Below, in pieces: positions 1 to 7,268 of a stretch of DNA of 44,111 nt. The DNA comes from Candidatus Shapirobacteria bacterium. GTDB lineage: Bacteria > Patescibacteriota > Microgenomatia > PFEM01 > JBDRBL01. Both the position numbers and the translations under genes were made by a program. Position 1 is the first letter of the stretch. Each line of letters opens with the position of its first letter. A model generated the notes under the pieces. That model was not told where the DNA came from and ran no database searches. It was given only the letters and a program-made list of their open reading frames with translations. The DNA is taken from NCBI GenBank assembly GCA_043822685.1, contig JBDRBL010000002.1:1-44111 (forward strand), read 5' to 3'.

Positions 1-593
1 GCGCCTTCGGCTTGAATAAGACTCAAGGCAAAGGAAAAAGAAAGCGTCTGAACGCTAAGACGGTTTTCTAATTTAGTTGTCCAAATTGCTTGGAGCAACA
101 AGGGAAAGCTGACGAGAAGAACGAGGAAAAAGTTGAGCCAAAAAACCGGTCGAAAAGAATACAAGGTGTCATAAAGGAAAAAAGCGGTTAACAAGGTCAT
201 TAAAAAGCCAACCGCACGGGCCGAACGTAAAAGCTGAATGGTCCGAATGGCGGCCACGGAAAAGATGTTGGCTGACAGCAGGAGAACATACAGACCGAAA
301 CCATACAAGATAACAACCGGCAAGCGAACCCGCCAGTCGCCGGGAACCAAAAAGTAAAACAGGCCGACGCCGCCGGTGAAAAGAGCCGGCAGGAGAGGCA
401 CCACAAACCATTCAAGATCATTCAGCGCCTCTTTCAGCGACCAAGCCGACAAAGAAAAAGCTAGAAAAACAAGAGAAGCAATCGCTTGATAACGCCAGCT
501 TAGATTGGTCACCTGGATAAAAAGCAAAATCAGCGCCAAAACTACAGCGGTAAGAATAAATTTTTGTCTTTTGCGAAAATAGATCGGTTTCAT
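1..593 (-). CDS. Multi-pass membrane protein, partial (runs off left edge; not in ORF track)
   Basis: ATG at 593 overlaps the yebC stop. Manual translation MKPIYFRKRQKFILTAVVLALILLFIQ...SANIFSVAAIRTIQLLRSARAVGFLMTLL is open and hydrophobic. Confidence 0.75.
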   Translation of the reverse strand, partial: MKPIYFRKRQKFILTAVVLALILLFIQVTNLSWRYQAIASLVFLAFSLSAWSLKEALNDLEWFVVPLLPALFTGGVGLFYFLVPGDWRVRLPVVILYGFGLYVLLLSANIFSVAAIRTIQLLRSARAVGFLMTLLTAFFLYDTLYSFRPVFWLNFFLVLLVSFPLLLQAIWTTKLENRLSVQTLSFSFALSLIQAEG

Positions 594-1288
594 GTCGTGG
601 CTAGATTGCTGAACACTTTCTGAACGTCATCGTGATCTTCCAAAATTTCTAAAAGCCGAACGACCTTGCCAATTTCTTCGGGATCTTTTAAAGAGATCCA
701 ACTAGTGGGATACCAGATCAGTTCCGCTTCACAAGCAAGGTCTTTGGTTTTTGCCAGACAATCGGAAGGAATAAAAACAACCAACTGCTCCCCTTCTTCA
801 ACAATATCCCTAGCCCCCAAATCGATCAACCGGAGCATTTGCTTTTCGAAATCGGCTTCTTTAGCAACCAGAAGCTGTCCAAGGCGGTCAAATTGAAAAG
901 CAACCGCGCCGGGACCGGCCAAGGCTCCCCCGCTCTTTTCAAACAAGTTTTTGATTTCCGCGGTAGTTCGGTTTTTGTTATCGGTAATCGCTTCAACAAT
1001 AATGCCGACGCCGGAAGGACCAAAAGCCTCGTAAGTCACCCCTTCCCAACTCTCCCCTGCCTCCTCACCGCTCCCTTTTTTGATCGCTCGGGTAATATTT
1101 TCTTTAGGCATATTAACCCGACGGGCCTTTTCGACTTCCAGGCGCAGTTTAAAATTAGTCGCCGGGTCGGAACCACCACGGGCGGCGATCGCAATCGTCC
1201 GCGCCAGTTTGGAAAAAAGCTTACCCCTCTGGGCATCATTAATCCCCTTTTGATGCTTAATCGTCGCCCACTTGGAGTGACCGGACAT
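590..1288 (-). CDS. yebC: YebC/PmpR family DNA-binding regulator
   Basis: MSGHSKWATIKHQK N-terminus; YEAFGPSG, TDNKNRT and EDHDDVQKVFSN motifs. Confidence 0.97.
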   Translation of the reverse strand: MSGHSKWATIKHQKGINDAQRGKLFSKLARTIAIAARGGSDPATNFKLRLEVEKARRVNMPKENITRAIKKGSGEEAGESWEGVTYEAFGPSGVGIIVEAITDNKNRTTAEIKNLFEKSGGALAGPGAVAFQFDRLGQLLVAKEADFEKQMLRLIDLGARDIVEEGEQLVVFIPSDCLAKTKDLACEAELIWYPTSWISLKDPEEIGKVVRLLEILEDHDDVQKVFSNLATT

Positions 1289-1354
1289 ATTTTCATTTTA
1301 CCACAAATACACCGCTTGACAACCAAATGACAAAAAGATATTGTATTCGAGATC

Positions 1355-1987
1355 ATGAACCCGCAAGGCGAAAAAGAAGAAAAAGAGGCGATTGAAGCCG
1401 CCGTGGCCGGTAATTGGCTAAAAGCAATTGAGCTCAACACGGCCATCTTAAAAAAAAACCCCAAGGATGTCGGGACATTAAACCGGCTAGCGAAGGCATA
1501 TTGGCAAAGCAACCGCCTTGATGATGCCAGAGCAGTTTACCAAAAAGTCATCCGGGTTGACCGCTATAACCCGATTGCCACCAAGGCCATTCAGCGCCTG
1601 AACACGGCCAAAAAATCGAATATTTGCGCCAAAAATAAAACCGGCAAGAGCTTGGTAAACTTTTTCTTGAGAGAGCCGGGAAAAACAAAAAGCGTTCGCT
1701 TAGTCAACACGGCCAGAGCTGAACTGCTTTGTTCGCTGGGCAACGTGGAGTGTCTAAAGCTGGTACCGAAAAAATACAGTGTAACCGTAGCAAGAGAAAA
1801 CGGCGATTATTTGGGAAGTCTGCCCGACGACTTGTCGCGCCGTTTGTTATTTCTCCTTAAAGGGGGAAACCGTTACGAAGTCTGCGCCAAAACCGTAGAA
1901 AGACAAGGATTGGAAGTTTTTATTCGAGAAACTTTCCGCAGTAAAAAATTCAAAAATCTGCCCAGTTTTGTTCACCCAGCTGGATAA
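1355..1987 (+). CDS. TPR-repeat protein
   Basis: Helical TPR-like N-terminus (WLKAIELNTAIL...TLNRLAKAY...ARAVYQKV); TTGACA-17-TATTGT at 1316-1344. Confidence 0.75.
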   Translation: MNPQGEKEEKEAIEAAVAGNWLKAIELNTAILKKNPKDVGTLNRLAKAYWQSNRLDDARAVYQKVIRVDRYNPIATKAIQRLNTAKKSNICAKNKTGKSLVNFFLREPGKTKSVRLVNTARAELLCSLGNVECLKLVPKKYSVTVARENGDYLGSLPDDLSRRLLFLLKGGNRYEVCAKTVERQGLEVFIRETFRSKKFKNLPSFVHPAG

Positions 1988-2642
1988 CCACGTCGGCGCG
2001 TTCATTTTCGACACTCCCGATAAACACTTGACAGCCCAAAAGCGTCTTCAATTTGCGAACCGTATAAGTATTGGACAGGCGGCGTTCGGTTTTAATTCGA
2101 CAAACAGGCAGGACGGTCTGATCGTCAGCCAAACGGACCACCCGACCGCCGGAATTGGTAATCACTTGGCTTATTCGATTGGCAAGGCCAAAATGACCGG
2201 TGGTATTAACAACAACAAGAGAGAGGTCGTCGTTGACAATCGCTTCATCGCGGAAGTAGTCGGCAATTTTGCCAACTTTGATAATTTTTTCCGGAGCAAG
2301 ATTGCGGATATACCACCAAAAACGCCAAGTGTCCCAACTGTTTAAACGAGAACGAAATTGACTAAGTAGGCAGGTTTTAATTTGCTCTCCCTGGTGAAAA
2401 CAAGTGTTGGTGATATCTTCGGAAGCATCAACTAAAACTTCGGGTAATTGATTATCCAAGGGCAGCCAAATAATTTGCCGCTCGGCGGGTACAAGAGAAA
2501 CCAGATAACCGGGACTGTCTTTAAAAAAAAGGTTAAAGCGATTTTTGCCATCCCAAGAAGCTTTTTGCATAAAAAAATAAACTTGGAAACCGCCAAAGAT
2601 AAGCAAGGAAAATAAGATCAGAAAAAAGATCTTCTTAAGCAT
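1950..2642 (-). CDS. Membrane-anchored protein with LytR C-terminal domain
   Basis: N-terminal TM helix; C-terminal VVVNTTGHFGLA...ADVVIQLGE pattern typical of LytR_C. Confidence 0.7.
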   Translation of the reverse strand: MLKKIFFLILFSLLIFGGFQVYFFMQKASWDGKNRFNLFFKDSPGYLVSLVPAERQIIWLPLDNQLPEVLVDASEDITNTCFHQGEQIKTCLLSQFRSRLNSWDTWRFWWYIRNLAPEKIIKVGKIADYFRDEAIVNDDLSLVVVNTTGHFGLANRISQVITNSGGRVVRLADDQTVLPVCRIKTERRLSNTYTVRKLKTLLGCQVFIGSVENERADVVIQLGEQNWADF

Positions 2643-2647
2643 CAGCT

Positions 2648-3349
2648 TTATTTTACATTATTCAGGGCGCGTTGTAACACTTCAGGCAGCGGTGAAGTAA
2701 AAAAAAGCGGCTGGCGGGAGCGTGGATGACGAAACTCCAAAGCCGCCGCATGCAAAAACTGGCGGGGACACCAGCGACGGTCCTGGCGAGCCACTTTCCG
2801 ACCGGCATAAAGAAGATCTCCGACAACCGCAAAACCCAGATGTTTGAAATGAACCCGGATCTGATGAGTGCGACCGCTCCGAGGCTGGACCTTAACCAGA
2901 GAAAAAGAACCCCATTGGGAAGAGGGAAAAAAGGTCACAAGTTGATATTCGGTTTGGGCAGAACGGCCGCCTAAAAAAACCCCGAACTTATGCCGATTAA
3001 GGGGGTGGCGAGAGATCGCCGCTTGAATACTCCCTTCGACGGGAATAACCCGGCCGTGGAGTAAAACCAGATACTCTTTTTTTACCTGTCGATTTTTAAA
3101 CTGGGATTGCAACTCTTCAAAAGCCTTTTCATTTTTGGCGACGAGCAAAAGACCGGACGTCTCCTTATCTAACCGATGAACAATCCCGGCCCGCTCGAAC
3201 CGAACCTGACAAGGCATTTCTCTTTCCAGCCAATCCTGAAGAGTCTCCTGACGAAAAGTAGTTTGCGAACGATTGACAATCCAGCCGGCCGGCTTATCCA
3301 GCACCAAAAGATCCTTATCCTGAAAGATAATCCGAGGAGAAGATGTCAC
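2648..3349 (-). CDS. RluA family pseudouridine synthase
   Basis: LDKPAG, HRLDKETSG and GRTHQIRVH motifs; GTG start chosen because it overlaps the dksA-like stop (GTGA). Confidence 0.93.
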   Translation of the reverse strand: MTSSPRIIFQDKDLLVLDKPAGWIVNRSQTTFRQETLQDWLEREMPCQVRFERAGIVHRLDKETSGLLLVAKNEKAFEELQSQFKNRQVKKEYLVLLHGRVIPVEGSIQAAISRHPLNRHKFGVFLGGRSAQTEYQLVTFFPSSQWGSFSLVKVQPRSGRTHQIRVHFKHLGFAVVGDLLYAGRKVARQDRRWCPRQFLHAAALEFRHPRSRQPLFFTSPLPEVLQRALNNVK

Positions 3350-3717
3350 TGTTCTTTGCGCTGTTCGCAAGCAACACAAAGAGTCGCCTCGGGAATAACC
3401 ATCAGGCGATCCGTGTCAATCATCCGGCCGCAACTTTCACAAAGGCCATACTTGCCAATCTTGATTCGCGAAAGAGCCTGGCGAATTTGAATCAATTTGC
3501 GGTCAATTTGAGCCTGCAAAGCCGTCGTCCGAGCGTGGTTAAACTGCTCATCGGCTTCTAGGTCAACAGAGGCATTATCATCAACCCGCGAGACATCCTC
3601 AAAGGGATCCTCGGCAATGATTTTGACTTTTTGTTTTTCTAAACGTTTGGCCTCGCCGGAGAGAAAGTCGCGAATCGGCTTAACCAAGTTTAGAGGGAAG
3701 ATGGTTTTGGACGCCAA
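3346..3717 (-). CDS. TraR/DksA C4 zinc-finger protein
   Basis: GKYGLCESCG...RL..IPEATLCVAC; coiled coil with acidic tip. Confidence 0.9.
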   Translation of the reverse strand: MASKTIFPLNLVKPIRDFLSGEAKRLEKQKVKIIAEDPFEDVSRVDDNASVDLEADEQFNHARTTALQAQIDRKLIQIRQALSRIKIGKYGLCESCGRMIDTDRLMVIPEATLCVACEQRKEQ

Positions 3718-4352
3718 AAGACCTCCTTTAATGCGAGTAAAATACCGGTCAAGCCCAAAAATAATTCAGACCAAAAGGAGTATAAGTCAACTTCGCGATA
3801 AAATGCAAGTAGCAAATTGCTCATCGAGATAAAAAAAAGAAAAAAGGAAGCAATTAACCCTCCCTCGGTCTTGCGTTTGTACCAATCCCAACCGCGCCAG
3901 CGGCGTTCGATAAATTTCAAAAAAAACCAAAAAAGAAGAAGCAGGAAAGCACTGTAAAAAGCAACGGGCTGGCGACGCAAAAGATCGCCGGAAAAATAAA
4001 TTCCCCAAGGGAGACTGGTGGGCTTACCCAGCCAATAACCATTAAAAAAGTTGTCGATTTGAATCAAAAAAAGCCAAGGCAGTAAACCATAAACGACTTC
4101 GTCGGCCATTGACCAGTAACTCCATTTTTCCCGGCGGGAGAAAAAAAATAAAACAAGCAAAAACCCCAACCAAAAACCGGTGAAGGGAAGCAGTCGGGAC
4201 AGCAAAAAACCGGTTAACCCGGCCAATAAAAGAAAATCGATGATTTTTTCGGAGTGACAGCCCATGTCGGTCAGGCGCCGCCAAATAAGAAAGCTGGCCA
4301 GCAGATAACCCGCGCCAAGAAGAAAATAAGACACATAGGGAAACAGCGCCAT
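3690..4352 (-). CDS. Prolipoprotein diacylglyceryl transferase (Lgt)-like membrane protein
   Basis: NFFNG..LGKPTSLPWGIYF...RQPVAFY resembles the Lgt G.PT.LPWG..F...RHP.QLY motif; divergent. Confidence 0.7.
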   Translation of the reverse strand: MALFPYVSYFLLGAGYLLASFLIWRRLTDMGCHSEKIIDFLLLAGLTGFLLSRLLPFTGFWLGFLLVLFFFSRREKWSYWSMADEVVYGLLPWLFLIQIDNFFNGYWLGKPTSLPWGIYFSGDLLRRQPVAFYSAFLLLLFWFFLKFIERRWRGWDWYKRKTEGGLIASFFLFFISMSNLLLAFYREVDLYSFWSELFLGLTGILLALKEVFWRPKPSSL

Positions 4353-4370
4353 ATGCTATAATTTTACCAC

Positions 4371-4829
4371 ATGCTGGAATTGCCACATACCCTAGTAGGG
4401 GCGGTTATTGCCACCCGAATTTCCGAACCGCTTGTTTCCCTCCCGCTGGCCTTTTTGAGTCATTTTTGGCTGGATGTAATCCCCCACTGGAACCCGAATT
4501 TATACACGGAAAAACTTGTCCATGGCCGACCGTTAAAAAAATCCGCCGAGCTGGTCGCGGCAGACACCTTGGTTAGTTTGGGTGCAGGAAGTTTTTTTGC
4601 CTGGCGTTTCTGGCCTGACTGGCAGCGAATCATTATAATTTACTTGGCCTGTTTTTTAGCCGTAGTCCCCGATGTAATTGAGGGTCTTTACTTTTTTGCC
4701 GGCGTTAACAGCCGGTTTTTAGTCTGGCTGGTCAAGTTTCAGAGAAGCATTCAGGGAAAAGCGGGCAAAAAACTCGGTCTGGCAATCCAACTGATGACTA
4801 TCATCTTGGCCTTGGTTTTGCTAAAATAA
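4371..4829 (+). CDS. Membrane protein with putative metal-binding His/Asp motifs
   Basis: HTLVGA...SHFWLDVIPHW...PD; hydrophobic; TGcTATAAT 8 nt upstream of ATG. Confidence 0.7.
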   Translation: MLELPHTLVGAVIATRISEPLVSLPLAFLSHFWLDVIPHWNPNLYTEKLVHGRPLKKSAELVAADTLVSLGAGSFFAWRFWPDWQRIIIIYLACFLAVVPDVIEGLYFFAGVNSRFLVWLVKFQRSIQGKAGKKLGLAIQLMTIILALVLLK

Positions 4830-6419
4830 CGATGAATTTGCGAGCCGAGGTGGCGGAACTGGTAGACGCGCAGGTCTCAAAAACCTGTCCCGCGTAGCGG
4901 GATGAGGGTTCGACTCCCCCCCCCGGCACAAAAGGAGATCGGAAGGGTAGGCGCTGGCCGCGCCCGCCCTCGCGGCCAGCGCCGCAGAGGCTTCGGACAG
5001 GGAAAATTCGAGCCGTTTATTATTTAAGAAGTAGTTCGAGCCGACTTTTTTTGCAAAGATCGTCAGATCTTTGCAATTATTTTTTGCGCGCGCGATTTTG
5101 GCCGCATCAGCGGCCTCTTTTATAAATTCCTTCATTGGTTCGAGCCAGCTCGAACCTTTGGTTTTAATTTCAGTGATTTTTTCTTGTAACACCTTTTTCA
5201 TTTGAAGCAATTCATCCTTTTTCCTTTGGTAACTTTCGGTGTCAATAATTTCTTCCAAATAACTTTCGAGAAGTTTATCAAGTTTCTTTTCAAGACCGTC
5301 AAAGGAAACGTAAAGTTTTTGGAGTTCGCCGAAGGCGAACATCTTTTCTTTTTCTCCGTCTTTTTCTGCCATTTCTAAAAGTTTGTTGGCCCAAACTTCG
5401 GAAAGGGAAACGTTGCTGACAATTTCTCGTAATTGTTTCTCAAGTTGTGATTCTGGTAAATACGGCTGAGAACAAATGCCTTTTTTCTTTACACACCGAT
5501 AGTAGGTGTACCAAACTTCTCCTCTGGTTTTTGGGTAAAACTTTTTGTGTTTTTCTGCGGTAAAATAACTGTCACACTCCTTGCACTTAATAAATCCGGT
5601 AAAAGCAAAATCATGTTTTTGTGGTTTTCTGTTGTATTTTTTCTCCAATACTTTCTGTACCTCATCAAAAAGTTTTTTGGTAATTAAGGGTTTATGTTTT
5701 CCCTCATAAGTTTCGCCGTGATACGTCATCAAGCCGTAATAGAAAGTCCGCTGAAGCATTTCTCGAATTTGATTGAAATGTAACGGCTTCCCATTTCTAC
5801 GGGTAATTCCATTTTTGAAAAACAGATCGCGGATATCTTTCATTGATGAAAATTCGCCAGAGGCGAATTTTCTAAATGCTTCTTTCACTAACTTCGCACT
5901 TTTGGAGACAGTCATAATACTTTTAGAATTTCTATCGTTTTTGTATCCCAATGGTGCATAAGATGGCCACTCTCCACGACGAAGCTTGAAATACAAACCT
6001 CGTTTTACATTCTCGCTTAGATTGTCCACATAATATTTGGATTGGCCAAAGGCAATTGAAAGCATAAATTTTCCCTGCGGCGTATTCTCAAACCAAAAGC
6101 TGGGAAATTTAAGAGATTGGAGTTTTCCGGTATCGACTAGGTAAATTATTTTCCCGCCGTCAATCGAATTTCTGGCTAACCTGTCTGGATGCCAGCTAAC
6201 AATTCCGTTGATCAATCCTTTTTCAATTAAAGAAATGAGGGAATTGAAAATCGGTCTTCCTGGAACCTTCGCAGTTTCTGCTTCAGTCAAAAATTCAGAA
6301 ATTTCAAGTTTTTCTCTGTCCGCAAATGCTTTTAATTCTTCGATTTGTTGCTCAATAGACATGATTTGCTTGTCTTTTTCATCCGTTGATTTTCTGCAGT
6401 AAGCAATGTATTTGATCAT
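4821..6419 (-). CDS. Large serine recombinase/integrase (532 aa from the likely start)
   Basis: MIKYIAYCRKSTD catalytic Ser motif; PDRLARN; ENVKRG...GEWPSYAPLGY recombinase domain; CKEC...YYRC...C zinc ribbon; coiled coil. The C-terminus reads through the att core and antisense across the tRNA. Confidence 0.95.
   Translation of the reverse strand: MIKYIAYCRKSTDEKDKQIMSIEQQIEELKAFADREKLEISEFLTEAETAKVPGRPIFNSLISLIEKGLINGIVSWHPDRLARNSIDGGKIIYLVDTGKLQSLKFPSFWFENTPQGKFMLSIAFGQSKYYVDNLSENVKRGLYFKLRRGEWPSYAPLGYKNDRNSKSIMTVSKSAKLVKEAFRKFASGEFSSMKDIRDLFFKNGITRRNGKPLHFNQIREMLQRTFYYGLMTYHGETYEGKHKPLITKKLFDEVQKVLEKKYNRKPQKHDFAFTGFIKCKECDSYFTAEKHKKFYPKTRGEVWYTYYRCVKKKGICSQPYLPESQLEKQLREIVSNVSLSEVWANKLLEMAEKDGEKEKMFAFGELQKLYVSFDGLEKKLDKLLESYLEEIIDTESYQRKKDELLQMKKVLQEKITEIKTKGSSWLEPMKEFIKEAADAAKIARAKNNCKDLTIFAKKVGSNYFLNNKRLEFSLSEASAALAARAGAASAYPSDLLLCRGGESNPHPATRDRFLRPARLPVPPPRLANSSLF
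4844..4928 (+). tRNA. tRNA-Leu(CAA); integration target
   Basis: GCCGAGG acceptor; D-loop GGTAGAC; anticodon arm CAGGT-CTCAAAA-ACCTG; long variable arm TCCCGC-GTA-GCGGGA; TTCGACT T-loop; discriminator A; CCA not encoded; two A-C mismatches. Confidence 0.92.
4926..5015 (+). repeat. Inverted repeat A, left copy (attL: core + P' arm), 90 bp
   Basis: Exact reverse complement of 6489-6578; contains 13-bp stem GGCGCTGGCCGCG/CGCGGCCAGCGCC (4950-4983). Confidence 0.97.
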
Positions 6420-6488
6420 AGTTTTTTTGTTTTGTTCCTTTATTTGTGTTCTAAATTTTCGCGTTTTTTCTCTACTTCTTTTTCCTTC

Positions 6489-6702
6489 CGGCTCGAATTT
6501 TCCCTGTCCGAAGCCTCTGCGGCGCTGGCCGCGAGGGCGGGCGCGGCCAGCGCCTACCCTTCCGATCTCCTTTTGTGCTCTATTTACGCACAACTTCGAA
6601 CTATTTTCAAAAAGGTAAGCTCATCCCGATTTGATCGGGATCACCACGCTTCCGCCTTCGCTTTCAGCTTCGGCGGACAGGCCGGCGCGGCTGACGCCGC
6701 GC
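6489..6702 (-). repeat. Internal inverted full attP-like site (P arm-core-P' arm), 214 bp
   Basis: 6489-6578 = revcomp of 4926-5015; 6571-6702 = revcomp of 7269-7400; the two overlap only at the core TTTTGTGC (6571-6578). Confidence 0.95.
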
Positions 6703-6779
6703 TTCCGAAAGAGTCGGCTCGGACATTCCGCCGCAGGCGGAACAAAGAAAAAGCGCGAAAATTTTTAAAGAACAAATGT

Positions 6780-6805
6780 TACTTATATTCTATTTACTAA
6801 TAGTA
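6780..6805 (+). promoter_or_regulatory. Tandem C-box-like operator upstream of the XRE gene
   Basis: TACTtatATTC (6780-6790) and palindromic TACTaatAGTA (6795-6805) with a 15-bp period, like the GACTnnnAGTC tandem boxes of R-M controller proteins. Confidence 0.6.
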
Positions 6806-6829
6806 TTCAAAGATATAGAATTTGTCAAC

Positions 6830-7066
6830 ATGGGAAACCATAAGAATCCAGTTGACAAGAAAATTTTTCAGAAATTTGGTAAAATACTGAAACAGATGAG
6901 ATTGAGGAAAGAATTAACGCAGGAAGAATTATCTGATTTGGCAGGAATTCATAGAACTTATGTTGCTGGAATCGAGGGTGGACATAGAAATCCGTCGCTC
7001 AAAAATATCGTAAGATTAGCAAATGCTTTAGGAATTAAGACTGAAGAATTATTTAATAAATTGTAA
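6830..7066 (+). CDS. XRE-family HTH regulator, C-protein-like
   Basis: FGKILKQMR...LTQEELSDLAGIHRTYVAGIEGGHRNPSLKNIVRLANALG; ATG 6830 preferred over the ORF-track start. Confidence 0.92.
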   Translation: MGNHKNPVDKKIFQKFGKILKQMRLRKELTQEELSDLAGIHRTYVAGIEGGHRNPSLKNIVRLANALGIKTEELFNKL

Positions 7067-7092
7067 ATTTAATTGAAGGGAGGTGAACAATA

Positions 7093-7215
7093 ATGCAATT
7101 TAGAAATGGAATTACAGGAACAGGAGGGGGATATCAGCCCTCACAATTTAGAGATGGAACTATAGGAGGGAGATATCAGCCCTCACAATATAGAGGAAAG
7201 GAAAAACTAGGATAA
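7093..7215 (+). CDS. 40-aa Gly/Gln/Tyr-rich repeat peptide (not in ORF track)
   Basis: Strong SD AAGGGAGGTG just upstream; MQFRNGITGTGGGYQPSQFRDGTIGGRYQPSQYRGKEKLG*; in-frame 42-nt repeat period. Confidence 0.7.
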   Translation: MQFRNGITGTGGGYQPSQFRDGTIGGRYQPSQYRGKEKLG

Positions 7216-7268
7216 AAAGACTTTTGCAAAAGCAAGAGTCAAAATCGCGCGCGCAAAAAATAGCGGAG

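Noticed and set aside
6489-6578. Copy of the recombinase 3' region as a DGR template repeat
   Set aside because: The copies are 100% identical with no adenine-specific differences, and there is no reverse transcriptase in the window.
4926-6578. IS element with 90-bp terminal inverted repeats
   Set aside because: The enzyme is a large serine recombinase, not a DDE transposase; there is no target duplication around this pair; and a second repeat pair shares the same core.
6420-6593. 58-aa N-terminal extension of the recombinase in the ORF track
   Set aside because: It is read-through of the internal repeat; the catalytic domain starts at MIKYIAYCRKS (6419).
6432-6800. ORFs 6432-6800 (+) and 7207-7398 (-) as stand-alone genes
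   Set aside because: They have weak TTG starts and are the att-arm reading frames, better explained as alternative recombinase tails.
7122-7195. Two 32-bp direct repeats as a mini-CRISPR
   Set aside because: The spacer is only 10 bp, there are two copies and no cas genes, and the 42-nt period is in frame within an SD-led ORF.
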